Assembly (NCBI GenBank): GCA_965237415.1
Contig: CBDEFM010000001.1
Span: forward strand, 224,001 to 288,000
DNA length: 64,000 nucleotides
Direction: 5' to 3'
DNA from: Alphaproteobacteria bacterium
GTDB lineage: Bacteria; Pseudomonadota; Alphaproteobacteria; UBA828
Shown: positions 41,326 to 51,766 of the stretch, one piece after another
Position numbering within the stretch: position 1 is the stretch's first letter
How the letters are laid out: the number at the start of each line of letters is the position of its first letter
Program-made: the position numbers and the translations under genes
Notes under the pieces: generated by a model
Told to the model about the DNA's origin: nothing
The model's input: the letters and a program-made list of their open reading frames with translations, nothing else
Databases searched by the model: none

Positions 41326-43773
41326 ATGACCCAAGGGTTTCCCGACCAGGCGCGTGTCGTGATCATCGGCGGCGGGGCGATTGGCTGTGCCACCGCGTAC
41401 CATCTGGCGAAACACGGCTGCGATGATGTCGTCCTGGTCGAGAAAGCCAAGCTCACTTCTGGATCGACCTGGCATGCCGCCGGCGCCTTCGCGCAGTTCC
41501 GCACAGATCCGAACGCGGGGCGGCTTATGGCCTATGGCGCCGACCTCTACGCCTCGCTCGAGGCCGAAACCGGCCAGGCCACGGGTTGGCGGCAGACCGG
41601 CGGCATGCGGGTCGCCTCGAACCGCGACCGCCGCCACGAGTACGAGCGGGCGATCACGACGGCGCGCTCCTTCGGCGTCGAGATGCAACTGATATCGGCG
41701 AAGGAAGCGCAGGCGCTCTTCCCCTTCATGACCATCGATCATGTGGATTGCGCGCTCTATATCCCCTCCGACGGCGCCCTGAGCCCGTCGGATACATGCA
41801 TGGCACTGGCGAAAGGGGCGCGCCAATACGGTGCCCGGCTCTTCGAAGACACCGCGGTGACCGGTTTCGAGATGGAGCGCGGCCGTGTCAACGCAGTCAG
41901 GACGGAGCGCGGCACGATCCGCTGCGAGATCGCGGTGATCTGCTGCGGCATCTGGTCGCGCGAAGTCGGGCGGCTCGCGGGGGTGAACGTCCCAATCCAG
42001 CCCTCGCATCATTGCTATTTCATCACCGAGCCGATCGAGGGCGTGACCCGCGACCTGCCGACGACGCGGGACCCCGACCTCTGGCACTACATCCGCGAGG
42101 AGGTCGGCGGACTGCTCGTCGGCCAGTACGACCCCGATCCGATCCCGTTCACCGATCCGATACCCAGGGACCACGAGTTCAAGCTCATGCCCGAGAACCT
42201 CGACCACTTCATGCCGAGGCTCGAAGGGTTGCTCGACTGGATTCCCGTGCTCAAGACGGTGGGCATCAAGAGCTGGTTCAATGGCCTGGAATCCTTCACC
42301 GAAGACCAGAATCCGGTGATGGGCGAGGCGCCGGAGGTGCGCAACATCTTCGTGAGCGCGGGCTTCAATGCCTACGGTCTCACCGGCTGCGGCGGCGCCG
42401 GTATGGCGCTCGGCGAGTGGATCCTGAACGGCGAGCCGCCCTACGACATCTGGAGCTTCGATATCCGCCGCTTTAGCGGCTACCACAGGGCCGACAGCCA
42501 GGTTCTGGTTCGTTCGCTGGAAGGCCAGGGTCACCATTACACCATCGTCTGGCCCCGCGAGGAGATGAAGGCCGGCCGGCCGCTACGGCGTAGCGCGATC
42601 TACGATCGCCTGGCAGACAGCCGCGCCTGCTTCGGCGCCAAGTTCGGGTGGGAGCGGCCCAACTGGTTTGCGCCCGAAGGGGTCGAGCCGGTGGAGATCG
42701 ACAGCTTCGTGCGCCCCCACTGGCACGCGCACGTCGCCGTCGAGCACGCGTCCTGCCGGGGTGCGGCCGCCCTCTTCGACCAGTCGTCCTTCGCCAAGTT
42801 CGCCCTGGTTGGGCGCGATGCGGAGTCCTGCCTGCAGCGCATCTGCGCCGCGGATGTGAGCAAGCCGCCGGGGCGCATCACCTACACGCAGATGCTCAAG
42901 GGGCACGGCGGGATCGAATGCGACCTGACCGTCGCGCGCATCGCGGACGACTCCTTCTACATCGTTACCGGCACCGGCTTTGCGACCCACGACTTCGACC
43001 ATATCAGCTGCAACATCGATCCGGACGCCCACGCCTCGCTGATCGACGTCACCTCGGCCTACGGGGTGCTCGCGCTGATGGGGCCGCGCGCCCGCGAAAT
43101 CCTCGCTGCCGTTGCCGAAGGCCCTCTCGGGCCGGAGGACTTTCCCTTCGGCGCGGTGCGGGAGATCTACGTGGCCGGCGCGCCCGTCCGCGCCATGCGC
43201 ATCACCTTCGTGGGCGAGCTCGGCTGGGAGCTCCACGTTCCGACCGACTACATGGTCACGGTCTACGATGCGCTGAAGGAAGCGGGTGACGCGCACGGGC
43301 TGCGCGATGCGGGCTACCGGGCGATCGACAGCCTGCGGTTGGAGAAGGGCTACCGCGTGTGGGCGGCGGATATCGGTCCTGACTTCAACCCGCTGGAGGC
43401 CGGCCTCGACTTCGCAGTTGCGTTCGACAAGGCGACGCCGTTCATCGGCCAGGACGCTGTGCGGAGGCAGCGGGAACAGCCGCTGACCCGCCGCCTCGTG
43501 ACCTTCACCATCGCGGACGACCCCGAGGTGCAGCTGTGGGGCCGTGAGACAATCATTCGGAACGGCGAGCGCGTGGGCTGGCTCGCTTCCGGCGGTTTCG
43601 GCCACACCGTCGGCCAGAGCATTGGCATGGGCTATGTGCGAAACCCGGCGGGCGTCGGCGACGACTATCTCGCGAGTGGCACGTATTCGCTGGAGGTCGC
43701 AACGCGCGAGGTGCCGGCCGAACTCCACCTACGGCCGCTCTACGATCCGGACAACGAGCGGGTCAAGGCGTGA
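41326..43773 (+). CDS. GcvT family FAD-dependent oxidoreductase (dimethylglycine/sarcosine dehydrogenase-like)
   Basis: GGGAIG, GSTWHAAG, ESFTED, GWERPNWF, GELGWELH, SLRLEKGY. Confidence 0.92.
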   Translation: MTQGFPDQARVVIIGGGAIGCATAYHLAKHGCDDVVLVEKAKLTSGSTWHAAGAFAQFRTDPNAGRLMAYGADLYASLEAETGQATGWRQTGGMRVASNRDRRHEYERAITTARSFGVEMQLISAKEAQALFPFMTIDHVDCALYIPSDGALSPSDTCMALAKGARQYGARLFEDTAVTGFEMERGRVNAVRTERGTIRCEIAVICCGIWSREVGRLAGVNVPIQPSHHCYFITEPIEGVTRDLPTTRDPDLWHYIREEVGGLLVGQYDPDPIPFTDPIPRDHEFKLMPENLDHFMPRLEGLLDWIPVLKTVGIKSWFNGLESFTEDQNPVMGEAPEVRNIFVSAGFNAYGLTGCGGAGMALGEWILNGEPPYDIWSFDIRRFSGYHRADSQVLVRSLEGQGHHYTIVWPREEMKAGRPLRRSAIYDRLADSRACFGAKFGWERPNWFAPEGVEPVEIDSFVRPHWHAHVAVEHASCRGAAALFDQSSFAKFALVGRDAESCLQRICAADVSKPPGRITYTQMLKGHGGIECDLTVARIADDSFYIVTGTGFATHDFDHISCNIDPDAHASLIDVTSAYGVLALMGPRAREILAAVAEGPLGPEDFPFGAVREIYVAGAPVRAMRITFVGELGWELHVPTDYMVTVYDALKEAGDAHGLRDAGYRAIDSLRLEKGYRVWAADIGPDFNPLEAGLDFAVAFDKATPFIGQDAVRRQREQPLTRRLVTFTIADDPEVQLWGRETIIRNGERVGWLASGGFGHTVGQSIGMGYVRNPAGVGDDYLASGTYSLEVATREVPAELHLRPLYDPDNERVKA

Positions 43774-43801
43774 GCGCCGCCCGCAACCGGGCGCATGAGG
43801 C

Positions 43802-44779
43802 ATGACGGACAAGCCCATAACAGACGACGAGGTTTATTCGCTGGTCGGCGGCGCGCGCGGCATGGAGGCGCGCAGCGGCGCGGCGATCGAACGCGCCCGC
43901 GCGCTGCCGATCTGGACCGGCGCCGTCGAGCCCGCCTTGTTGAGCGGCGGTCTCAGCAACATCAACCTCACCGCAGAAGACGATGGCCAGCGCTACGTGA
44001 TCCGCGTCGGCGAGGACGAGCCCTTCTTCGGCGTCTCCCGCGAGCACGAGCTCCAGGCCTTTCGTGCGGCCCACGCCGCAGGGGTCGCGCCGGAGGTGGT
44101 CTACGCCGAGCCCGGCCTGATGGTGATCCGCTTCATCGAAGGCCGTTCGCTCCTGCCGGCCGACGTGCACGAGCCGGAGCAGCTCGCCAAGGTGGCCCGT
44201 CTCTTTCGCCAGCTCCATCGCGAGGCGCATAAGCACCTGGACTCGACGGGCTTCATGTTCTGGCCGTTCCAGCATCATCGCTCGTACATTCGGTTGTTGC
44301 AGGAACGCTCCGACCGGCTCTACGAGCGATGGCTAGCCATGTTGCCGGGCCTCGCCGCAGCGAACGAGGCGCTGGAGCGCGCGATGGGTCCGGCGACCAT
44401 CGTCTTCGGCCATAACGACCTCAACCCGCAGAACATCATGGACGACGGCGAACGGCTCTGGTTCGTGGACTGGGAGTTCGCCGGGTTCGTGGTAGACCTG
44501 TTCGACCTCGGCGTCCTCGCCATGAATATCGAGATCAGGCCGGACGAGATCGACCCTTATCTCGAGAACTATTTCGACGCCCCGGCTACCGACGAGCTTC
44601 GCTACCGCTTTGCCGCCGCGACAGTGGTTGCTGCCATACGCGAGACCACCTGGAGCATCGTCTCCGAGGTGATGGACAAGCCGATTGACTTCGACTTCCG
44701 GATCTACTCGACGATGAATGCGGACCGCTACGAGCGCATGTACGCTGAATTCTGCGAGACCTATGGCACTTCGGGGTAG
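43802..44779 (+). CDS. Choline/ethanolamine kinase family phosphotransferase
   Basis: GGLSN, HNDLNPQN, VDWEFAG. Confidence 0.85.
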   Translation: MTDKPITDDEVYSLVGGARGMEARSGAAIERARALPIWTGAVEPALLSGGLSNINLTAEDDGQRYVIRVGEDEPFFGVSREHELQAFRAAHAAGVAPEVVYAEPGLMVIRFIEGRSLLPADVHEPEQLAKVARLFRQLHREAHKHLDSTGFMFWPFQHHRSYIRLLQERSDRLYERWLAMLPGLAAANEALERAMGPATIVFGHNDLNPQNIMDDGERLWFVDWEFAGFVVDLFDLGVLAMNIEIRPDEIDPYLENYFDAPATDELRYRFAAATVVAAIRETTWSIVSEVMDKPIDFDFRIYSTMNADRYERMYAEFCETYGTSG

Positions 44780-44793
44780 CAAGGGGGCGATCG

Positions 44794-45681
44794 ATGAGTG
44801 AAGAGAGGCAGCCCAACGAGACCTGTCGCGTCGCCGTGGAGGGCGGCGAGGTGGCCGTCTACAGCTACGGCGCGAGCGAGCGGATTCTGCTTGGTCTTCA
44901 CGGCGGCCCCGGTCTTCCCTGCGACTATGTGCGAGACAGCCATTCGGTGATGGCGGATCACGGCTATCGCGTGGTGGTCTATGACCAGCTCGGCTGCGGC
45001 CAGTCCGACAAACCGGACGATACCTCGCTCTTCAACGTGGCCCGCTATGTGGACGAGGTGGAGGCGGTTCGGTCCGCGCTCGGGCTCGGCCGGGTCCATC
45101 TGCTCGGGCAATCCTGGGGAACCTGGTTGGGCACCGATTACTGCCTGAAGTACCAGGATAACGTCGCATCCTACGTGATCGCGAACGGCTCAGGCTGTGT
45201 GCCGCACACGGTGGCGGAGATGAAGCGCCTTCGCGCCGCCCTGGGCCCCGAGACGGTGGCCATGATGCAGCGTCACGAGGCGCAAGGAACCACGGACCAC
45301 CCTGCCTATCAGGCCGCCATCACCATCCTGTACTTCAGGCACCTGTGCCGGGTCGACGAGTGGCCCGCGCCGCTGCAGCGCTCGCTCGACGGCATCAACA
45401 TGGCGGTCTACGGCACGATGTGGGGACCCAACGAGTTCTGCTGCGTCGGCACGCTCAAGGATTGGGACCGGCTCTCGGAGATGTCACGCATCACCGTGCC
45501 CTGCCTGATTGTGAGCGGCCTCCACGACGAGCTCACCCCGGAAGGCGCCATGCTCATGCAGGACGTGCTACCGAATGCAACGAGCGTCGTCTTCCCCAAC
45601 AGCTCGCACACGCCTTTCTTCGAAGAGCCCGACGCCTATTTCGCGGCGCTGCGCGACTTCCTCGATCGCCAGCCCGGCTGA
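44794..45681 (+). CDS. Proline iminopeptidase family / L-amino acid amidase
   Basis: HGGPG, YDQLGCG, GQSWG, MWGPNEF, SSHTP. Confidence 0.88.
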   Translation: MSEERQPNETCRVAVEGGEVAVYSYGASERILLGLHGGPGLPCDYVRDSHSVMADHGYRVVVYDQLGCGQSDKPDDTSLFNVARYVDEVEAVRSALGLGRVHLLGQSWGTWLGTDYCLKYQDNVASYVIANGSGCVPHTVAEMKRLRAALGPETVAMMQRHEAQGTTDHPAYQAAITILYFRHLCRVDEWPAPLQRSLDGINMAVYGTMWGPNEFCCVGTLKDWDRLSEMSRITVPCLIVSGLHDELTPEGAMLMQDVLPNATSVVFPNSSHTPFFEEPDAYFAALRDFLDRQPG

Positions 45682-45694
45682 GCCCTGCCGCTCC

Positions 45695-46480
45695 TCAGTG
45701 GATGCTGAGGCCGGCGCAGACATTGATCGCTTGCCCGGTCACGTAGCGTCCGGGATCGCCGGCGAGGCAAACGGCCATCTCGGCGATCGCGGTCGGCGGG
45801 ATCAGGGCGTTCATCATGTTGGTGCGCATGCTCTCGTCATAGACCTTCTCGTAGGGTTCGCCGAGATCGCGCGCCATGTTCTCGTGCAACTCCACCGCCA
45901 TTTTGGTCTCGATCCAGCCGGGACAGATGGCGTTCACCCGGATGTTGTGCTCGCCCACCTCGGCGGCGAGACAGCGCACGAAGCCGACCAGGCCGTGCTT
46001 GGTGGCGTTGTAGGCGGTCCACTCCGCATCCGCGGTCTTGGCGTTGGTCGAGGCGTTGAAGAGCTGCACGCCGCCGGCACCCTGCGCGATCATCGTCGGC
46101 AGCGTGTGCTTCGAAATCAGGTACGGCGCCTTCAGGTTGACGGCCATGATCCAGTCCCACATGGCCTCGTCCATGTCGACGACCTTGCTGTAATCGGCGA
46201 CTCCGGCATTGTTTACGACCACGTCGATGCCGCCGAGCCTCTCGATGGCGGCCTTGCACATCGCCTCGATGGCCGAAGGGTCTGTCAGATCGGCGGGGGC
46301 GGCAAAGGCCTTGCCGCCAGCGTCGGCGATGGCCTCTAGGGTCTCCGCCGCTCGTGCCTCGCTCCGTGCGTGGATTGCGACCGTCGCGCCTTCTCGTGCG
46401 TAAGCCTCCGCGATCGCGCGCCCGATGCCGCTCGCCGCGCCTGTGACGAGTGTCCGTTTGCCCTCCAGTCCTACTCTCAT
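45695..46480 (-). CDS. SDR family oxidoreductase
   Basis: TGAASGIG, NNAG, YNATK; start chosen at MRVGLEG. Confidence 0.88.
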   Translation of the reverse strand: MRVGLEGKRTLVTGAASGIGRAIAEAYAREGATVAIHARSEARAAETLEAIADAGGKAFAAPADLTDPSAIEAMCKAAIERLGGIDVVVNNAGVADYSKVVDMDEAMWDWIMAVNLKAPYLISKHTLPTMIAQGAGGVQLFNASTNAKTADAEWTAYNATKHGLVGFVRCLAAEVGEHNIRVNAICPGWIETKMAVELHENMARDLGEPYEKVYDESMRTNMMNALIPPTAIAEMAVCLAGDPGRYVTGQAINVCAGLSIH

Positions 46481-46520
46481 GACTCTCTCTCCAGGGTTGC
46501 CGCCAGCGTGACCGGGTTGT

Positions 46521-47231
46521 CTAGGCGACGCCCAGATAGGTCTGCTGCACCTTGTCATTCTCGCGCAGGTCGGCCGCCGGGCCTTCGAGAACGATCCGTC
46601 CCGTCTCCATCACGTACCCCTTCTGGGCAAGCGCAAGGGCAAGCCGGGCGTTCTGCTCGACCAGCACGATGGTCCGTTTCTCGGTGTGCAGCGCGCGGAT
46701 GATGCGGGCGATTTCGCGGCACATGATGGGAGACAACCCGAGCGACGGCTCGTCCATCAGGATCACGTTGGGTCTCGACATCAGGGCGCGGCCCATGGCG
46801 AGCATCTGCTGCTCGCCGCCGGAGAGCGTGCCCGCGAGCTGGCTGGCGCGCTCCTGCAAGCGCGGGAACCGCCTGAAGACATCGTCGAAATCCGCACGCA
46901 GACCGTCCGCGTCCTTGCGCAAGTAGGCGCCCATCTCCAGATTCTCGCGCACGGTCATCATGGGGAAGACACGCCGCCCCTCGGGCACATGGGCGATGCC
47001 AAGTCCGGCGATCTTCTCCGGCGAGGCGCCGTTGATGCGCGCGCCCCCCAGGCGGATTTCGCCGCCGCTCAGACGCTCGAGGCCGGAGATCGCCCGCAAT
47101 GTGGTGGACTTCCCCGCGCCGTTGGCACCGATCAGGGTGACGATCTCCCCCTCCTCGACGCCGATGGAGATCCCCTTGACGGCTTCGATCTTGTTGTAGC
47201 TGACCGATACGTTCTCGAGTTCAAGCAGCAA
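46521..47231 (-). CDS. livF: HAAT ABC transporter ATP-binding protein (LivF-like)
   Basis: GANGAGKS, VPEGRRVF, LSGGEQQM, DEPSLGL. Confidence 0.85.
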   Translation of the reverse strand: MLLELENVSVSYNKIEAVKGISIGVEEGEIVTLIGANGAGKSTTLRAISGLERLSGGEIRLGGARINGASPEKIAGLGIAHVPEGRRVFPMMTVRENLEMGAYLRKDADGLRADFDDVFRRFPRLQERASQLAGTLSGGEQQMLAMGRALMSRPNVILMDEPSLGLSPIMCREIARIIRALHTEKRTIVLVEQNARLALALAQKGYVMETGRIVLEGPAADLRENDKVQQTYLGVA

Positions 47232-48006
47232 AGTCGTCGTCTCCCAAGATGTCCTCGGAGCCGAGATAGGCCTCGATCACCTCCGGGTTAGAAACGATCT
47301 CCGCCGGCACACCTTCCGTCAGCTTCTTTCCGAAATTCAGGACCGTGATGTACTCGCAGAGGCCCATCACAGTCTTCATGTCGTGCTCGACCAACAGGAT
47401 CGTGATGTTCCATTCGTCGCGCAGCTTCCGAATTATTGCGGTCATGCGCTCTGTCTCGGCCGGATTCATCCCGGCGACGGGCTCGTCCAGCATGAGGATG
47501 CGGGGTTCCGTGGCGAGCGCCATCGCGACACCGAGCGCGCGCTGATGACCGTGCGAGAGATTGGGCGCGAGTTCGTCTCTGAACGCACTCAGGCCGATGT
47601 AATCGAGAATCTCCAGAGCCCGCCTCTCATTGGCCTTCTCCATGCCGCGCGCCGTGCCGACAATCGCGCCGAACAGGCTCTCGCGCGCATGCAGGTGCCG
47701 TGCGATCAGCACATTCTGAAGCACCGTGAAGTCGCTGAACATCGCGGAGCGCTGAAAAGTGCGCACTCCACCCTTGCCTGCGATCCGGCTCGGGCGCAGG
47801 CCGGTGAGCTTGTCGCCGTTCAGGAAGACGTCGCCGGAGGTCGGCCTGTAGGTGCCCGAGATGACGTTGAAGAGCGTCGTCTTGCCTGCCCCGTTCGGCC
47901 CGATGACGCCGCGGATTTCACCTTCCTCGACCGTCATGTCGAGATCGGAAATGGCGAGGAGGCCGCCGAAGCGCTTGGTCAGTTGTCTGACTTCGAGAAG
48001 CGCCAC
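47221..48006 (-). CDS. livG: HAAT ABC transporter ATP-binding protein (LivG-like)
   Basis: GPNGAGKT, RTFQ, DEPVAGMN, VEHDM, EAYLG. Confidence 0.85.
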   Translation of the reverse strand: MALLEVRQLTKRFGGLLAISDLDMTVEEGEIRGVIGPNGAGKTTLFNVISGTYRPTSGDVFLNGDKLTGLRPSRIAGKGGVRTFQRSAMFSDFTVLQNVLIARHLHARESLFGAIVGTARGMEKANERRALEILDYIGLSAFRDELAPNLSHGHQRALGVAMALATEPRILMLDEPVAGMNPAETERMTAIIRKLRDEWNITILLVEHDMKTVMGLCEYITVLNFGKKLTEGVPAEIVSNPEVIEAYLGSEDILGDDDFAA

Positions 48007-48017
48007 GATTTCGGCCC

Positions 48018-49064
48018 CTATGTGCGCGATGCGAACGTCGTCACCCAGGCGCGCAGACGTTCGAGTTGCTGGCCCGGCGGTGTGCGGAGCGCATTGGCGA
48101 CCTTAGGGAACAGGCTTTCCAGCCCGCCCGGCAAAAAGATGAGGAAGAAGATCAGGACGGTGCCGAACATCAGCGGTCGCCATTCCAGCAGCGGCCGGCT
48201 CCATTCGAAGGCGATGGTCACAACGACCAGTCCCACGATCGGACCCCAGAAGGTGGCGATACCGCCGACCACCACCCAGATGATCAGATAGATCATCGTG
48301 GTCAGGTCGAAGTTGCGAGGATCGATCGAACCCATTCGGTACGCCAGCAGAGCGCCCGCGATACCGGCGAAGAACGCGCCCGCGATGAAGGCGAGGCTGC
48401 GGTAGCGCGCGACGTCGATACCGACGCATTCGGCCAGAAGGTCGTCGCTGTGGATCGACTTCCAGGCGTTCCCGAGGCGCGACTTGTCGAGCCTCCACAT
48501 AATGAAGACGGCGGCAAGCATGACGATAAAGCAGGTGAAGTAATAGGGCACCGGCGGCGACAGCCTGAGCCCGACGATCTCCGGCGACGGGATATTGATG
48601 ATCCCACGCGTACCGCCGAACGGGAACTGCACCTTCACCCAGATAAGCCGGATCAGCTCACCCATGGCGAAGGAGCCGATGAAGAAGCCGAAGCCCGCCG
48701 TTCGCAGCAGTGGCACGATGAAGGCGGCGCCCACGATTGCCGCGGTGATCCCCGCCATCGGTACAACGACACCGAAGGGCAGCCCGGCATGCTTGGCTAT
48801 GAGCGCCGCGCCATAGGACCCTGCGCCCATCAGCACCACATGGGCGAAGCTCCAATCCCCGGTCGTGGTGATGAGCCGGTAGCTCGTCACCATGATGACG
48901 TTGATGAAGAATACGATCGCGAGCTCGCGGTGATAGGGCTTCAGCTCGAAGCCAAGGACACACAGGACGGCGAGCACCGCGGCGAGAAGGAGCAGCGGGG
49001 CGAACCGCCGCATCGCGTTCGCGGTCGCTTGGCTGGTCTCCACCGCTTCGTCAGGCGCGCTCAC
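48018..49064 (-). CDS. livM: HAAT ABC transporter permease (LivM-like)
   Basis: Multi-TM protein; VVVGGIATFWGP, PGGL. Confidence 0.8.
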   Translation of the reverse strand: MSAPDEAVETSQATANAMRRFAPLLLLAAVLAVLCVLGFELKPYHRELAIVFFINVIMVTSYRLITTTGDWSFAHVVLMGAGSYGAALIAKHAGLPFGVVVPMAGITAAIVGAAFIVPLLRTAGFGFFIGSFAMGELIRLIWVKVQFPFGGTRGIINIPSPEIVGLRLSPPVPYYFTCFIVMLAAVFIMWRLDKSRLGNAWKSIHSDDLLAECVGIDVARYRSLAFIAGAFFAGIAGALLAYRMGSIDPRNFDLTTMIYLIIWVVVGGIATFWGPIVGLVVVTIAFEWSRPLLEWRPLMFGTVLIFFLIFLPGGLESLFPKVANALRTPPGQQLERLRAWVTTFASRT

Positions 49065-49920
49065 GGCCCAAGAGCCCCTGTGGCCGGACGATCAGGGTGA
49101 TTGCCATGAAGCCCACGCCCACCATCGTCGCGATCAGGTTGTCGGTGACCGTGGTGACGAAGGTGTGGATGAATCCGAGGATGGCAGCCGCCAGAATCGC
49201 ACCCTCGATACTCGCCATCCCGCCCACGATGACGACCACGAAGGCGATCAGGATGACGCCGTGCCCCATATAGGGTGTCACGGAATGGATCGGCGCCATG
49301 AGCGCGCCGGCGAGCCCCGTCGAGGCACCGGCGAGCGCCATCGCCAGCGCCGTCATGCGGTTGGTGCGAATGCCCTGCAGCGCGGCGATCTCCGGATCCT
49401 GCGCGCAGGCGCGCAACGCCTTGCCCAGCTTGACGCGATAGAGGAAGAAGCGCAGCGCCAGCAACATTGCAAACGCGCAGGGGATCACGATCAGGCGTTG
49501 CCAGCCGAGCGTGGCGTCGCCGATGTCAGCGGCGCCCATATAGGGGGTCGGGATGCTCTTTGCCATCCCGACCCCCCAAATTTGCCCCGCGGCGACTTGC
49601 AGAATAAATGCTAACCCGGCAGTCGCCATGAAGCCGGCAAGGATGTTCTTGCGGGTTGGACGGAAGATTAAGCGCTCCGTCACCAACCCGAACAGGGCGA
49701 CGATCGGGATCGCAAGAACGACCGCCAGAGGAAACGGCAGGCCGACGAGCGCGTAGAGAACGTAGACGCAGTAGGCGCCGACCATGAAGAACTCGCCATG
49801 GGCGAAGTTCGCCATCTTCATGACGCCGAAGGCGAGCGCGAGACCGACCGCAACGAGCGCGTAGATCGACGACGCCACCACTGAATTCAGCAGCGTCTGG
49901 ATCAGGGTAGCGGCGTCCAT
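49051..49920 (-). CDS. livH: HAAT ABC transporter permease (LivH-like)
   Basis: NFAHGE, GKALRA, VIVGG, RPQGLLG. Confidence 0.82.
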   Translation of the reverse strand: MDAATLIQTLLNSVVASSIYALVAVGLALAFGVMKMANFAHGEFFMVGAYCVYVLYALVGLPFPLAVVLAIPIVALFGLVTERLIFRPTRKNILAGFMATAGLAFILQVAAGQIWGVGMAKSIPTPYMGAADIGDATLGWQRLIVIPCAFAMLLALRFFLYRVKLGKALRACAQDPEIAALQGIRTNRMTALAMALAGASTGLAGALMAPIHSVTPYMGHGVILIAFVVVIVGGMASIEGAILAAAILGFIHTFVTTVTDNLIATMVGVGFMAITLIVRPQGLLGRERA

Positions 49921-49939
49921 GCGACTGGGTTCCGAGAAA

Positions 49940-50037
49940 CGGTCTCCGGACTATCCGGAGACCGCTGGTCCGTACACTGTCGACCGATACGGAAGAACGG
50001 GGCGAGCGATCATGACGTTGTTTTGCTCGCCCCGTTC
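49940..50037 (-). other. Two stem-loops between the binding-protein gene and the first permease
   Basis: cggtctccgga-cta-tccggagaccg (49940-64) and gaacggggcgagc...gctcgccccgttc (49995-50037). Confidence 0.6.
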
Positions 50038-50043
50038 ACATGC

Positions 50044-51354
50044 TTACTGGCGCTGATCCCACATCTGACCGCGCGCCCGCACCTCGGCGATGATCGCCTC
50101 CTTATGGGCGTCGAACCACGGCTCGAAGCGCATCATGGAGACGATGCGCTTGCACTTGCAGTCGGCGTCGAAGACGTTGGTCGGGATCGGGTGCGACATC
50201 ATGTTCCTGATGCCCCACATGTCTTCGCCCGAGATCAGTGCCGGCCCCTCGATGGTCATGATGGCCCTCTCGGCCCGGATGGCCTCGAGCACGGCATCGG
50301 GATCGAAGCTGCCGGCCTTCTGCAGGCCGTGCAGATAGACCTGAACGATCGGCATGTAGAGCCAGTCGATTCCGGTCATCGGCGCGTTCACGTCTTCCGG
50401 TGCCCCGTCGCCGAAGCGCGCCTGCCAATCCTCGACGAACTGGCTTTGCATTGAGGGATTGCCCCACCAGGGGTCGTCCATGGTCGGATAGCTGTCGTAG
50501 CCGCCGACCTTCGCGGCCCACTCAGGCGGCACCTTCTGCAGCACCGATTCCCACTCGATGTAGTTCGCGTTGATGGGTCCTTCGAAGCCCTGCTGATAGA
50601 GCTGCTCCATCACGAGCGGAATAAAGTCCGGCCAGGTGATATTGAGCGCCACGGCATCCGGCTTGGCCGCGAGCAACGCGGTGACGACCGGCGCGAAGTC
50701 GGTGGTCTCAGGCGAGAAATGCTCGTCGTAGACGATCTCCCATCCTGCCGCCTTGGCCGCGCCCACTTCCCAGCTCTGCCCGACGAAGGTAACCGCGTCC
50801 TCCTGAGCGATGACCCCATAGGTGCGGAGCTCGGGATAGATGTTCTTGATGTAGAGCGGACGCATCATTTCGCCACGAGGGAACGAGTCCTCGCCGGCGA
50901 TCACGTAGGGGCGGTTGGGGTTGATGTCGGTGGACGCAAGCGGTGCATAGAACACTCCATTGTCCATCAAGAACGGAATCTGGGAATCTCCGGTCGTGCC
51001 GCCGACACCCAGCACCATCTTGACTTCGCTCTCGAAGACGAGCTGCTTCGCGCCCTGAAGGGCTTTGCTCGGAACATATTCGTTGTCGAACTGGTGAATC
51101 TCGATCGGATGGCGCGTATCGCCGACCAGGAGCCCGCCGTCCGCATTGACCCAATCCGCCAGAATTTGCAGGCCGGTAAGCCCGGGAAGACCCCAGCCCG
51201 CAACCGGGCCGGACAACGGCGCATTGAAGCCGATGCCGATGGGATCCCCGATCTTCTCCTCCGCGTTCGCGTCGGGCAGCGTGCCGAACGCGAGGGCGCC
51301 CGCAGCAGTGAGTATCCCGACTGACCGAAGGGCCATCCTTGCTATCGACTTCAT
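50044..51354 (-). CDS. HAAT ABC substrate-binding protein
   Basis: Signal peptide, PLSGPVAGWG, TTDF; RBS AGGGAGG. Confidence 0.85.
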   Translation of the reverse strand: MKSIARMALRSVGILTAAGALAFGTLPDANAEEKIGDPIGIGFNAPLSGPVAGWGLPGLTGLQILADWVNADGGLLVGDTRHPIEIHQFDNEYVPSKALQGAKQLVFESEVKMVLGVGGTTGDSQIPFLMDNGVFYAPLASTDINPNRPYVIAGEDSFPRGEMMRPLYIKNIYPELRTYGVIAQEDAVTFVGQSWEVGAAKAAGWEIVYDEHFSPETTDFAPVVTALLAAKPDAVALNITWPDFIPLVMEQLYQQGFEGPINANYIEWESVLQKVPPEWAAKVGGYDSYPTMDDPWWGNPSMQSQFVEDWQARFGDGAPEDVNAPMTGIDWLYMPIVQVYLHGLQKAGSFDPDAVLEAIRAERAIMTIEGPALISGEDMWGIRNMMSHPIPTNVFDADCKCKRIVSMMRFEPWFDAHKEAIIAEVRARGQMWDQRQ

Positions 51355-51381
51355 GGTACCTCCCTTTCTCCTGACTGCGCC

Positions 51382-51660
51382 TTACTTAGTCATGTGAACC
51401 GCTAGCAGCCGGGCAGCATAGTCCTGCGGGAATCGCGGTTCAAGGCGCCCTCCCCCCAGGGCATGGCCAGGCATCCGCGCAGGATCACCCCCGCACATGC
51501 GACGCGCCGAGACCTTGGCGAGTGACCGCGCCGAGGTCGAGGCCAAAGCCAGCGCATCGCGCCAGCGCCGGAAGGTCCGCTCCGACACGCCGAGCACCTC
51601 CGCCGCCTCGGCCTGGCTCAACGGCCGCGCCGTGGTCCGCGCATACACCTCCTCACGCAC
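51382..51660 (-). pseudogene. Transposase N-terminal HTH remnant (ISNCY/IS481-like)
   Basis: EEVYARTTARPLSQAEAAEVLGVSERTFRRWRD. Confidence 0.6.
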
Positions 51661-51766
51661 CTTCGGTTCTAACTATTTGAAATAGGGTCGGTTTTCTCCT
51701 GAAATTCGGTGTCGGGGAACGGATTCTGCAACTTTTCGTTCCCCGGCTGCAACCGCAACCGGGAGA

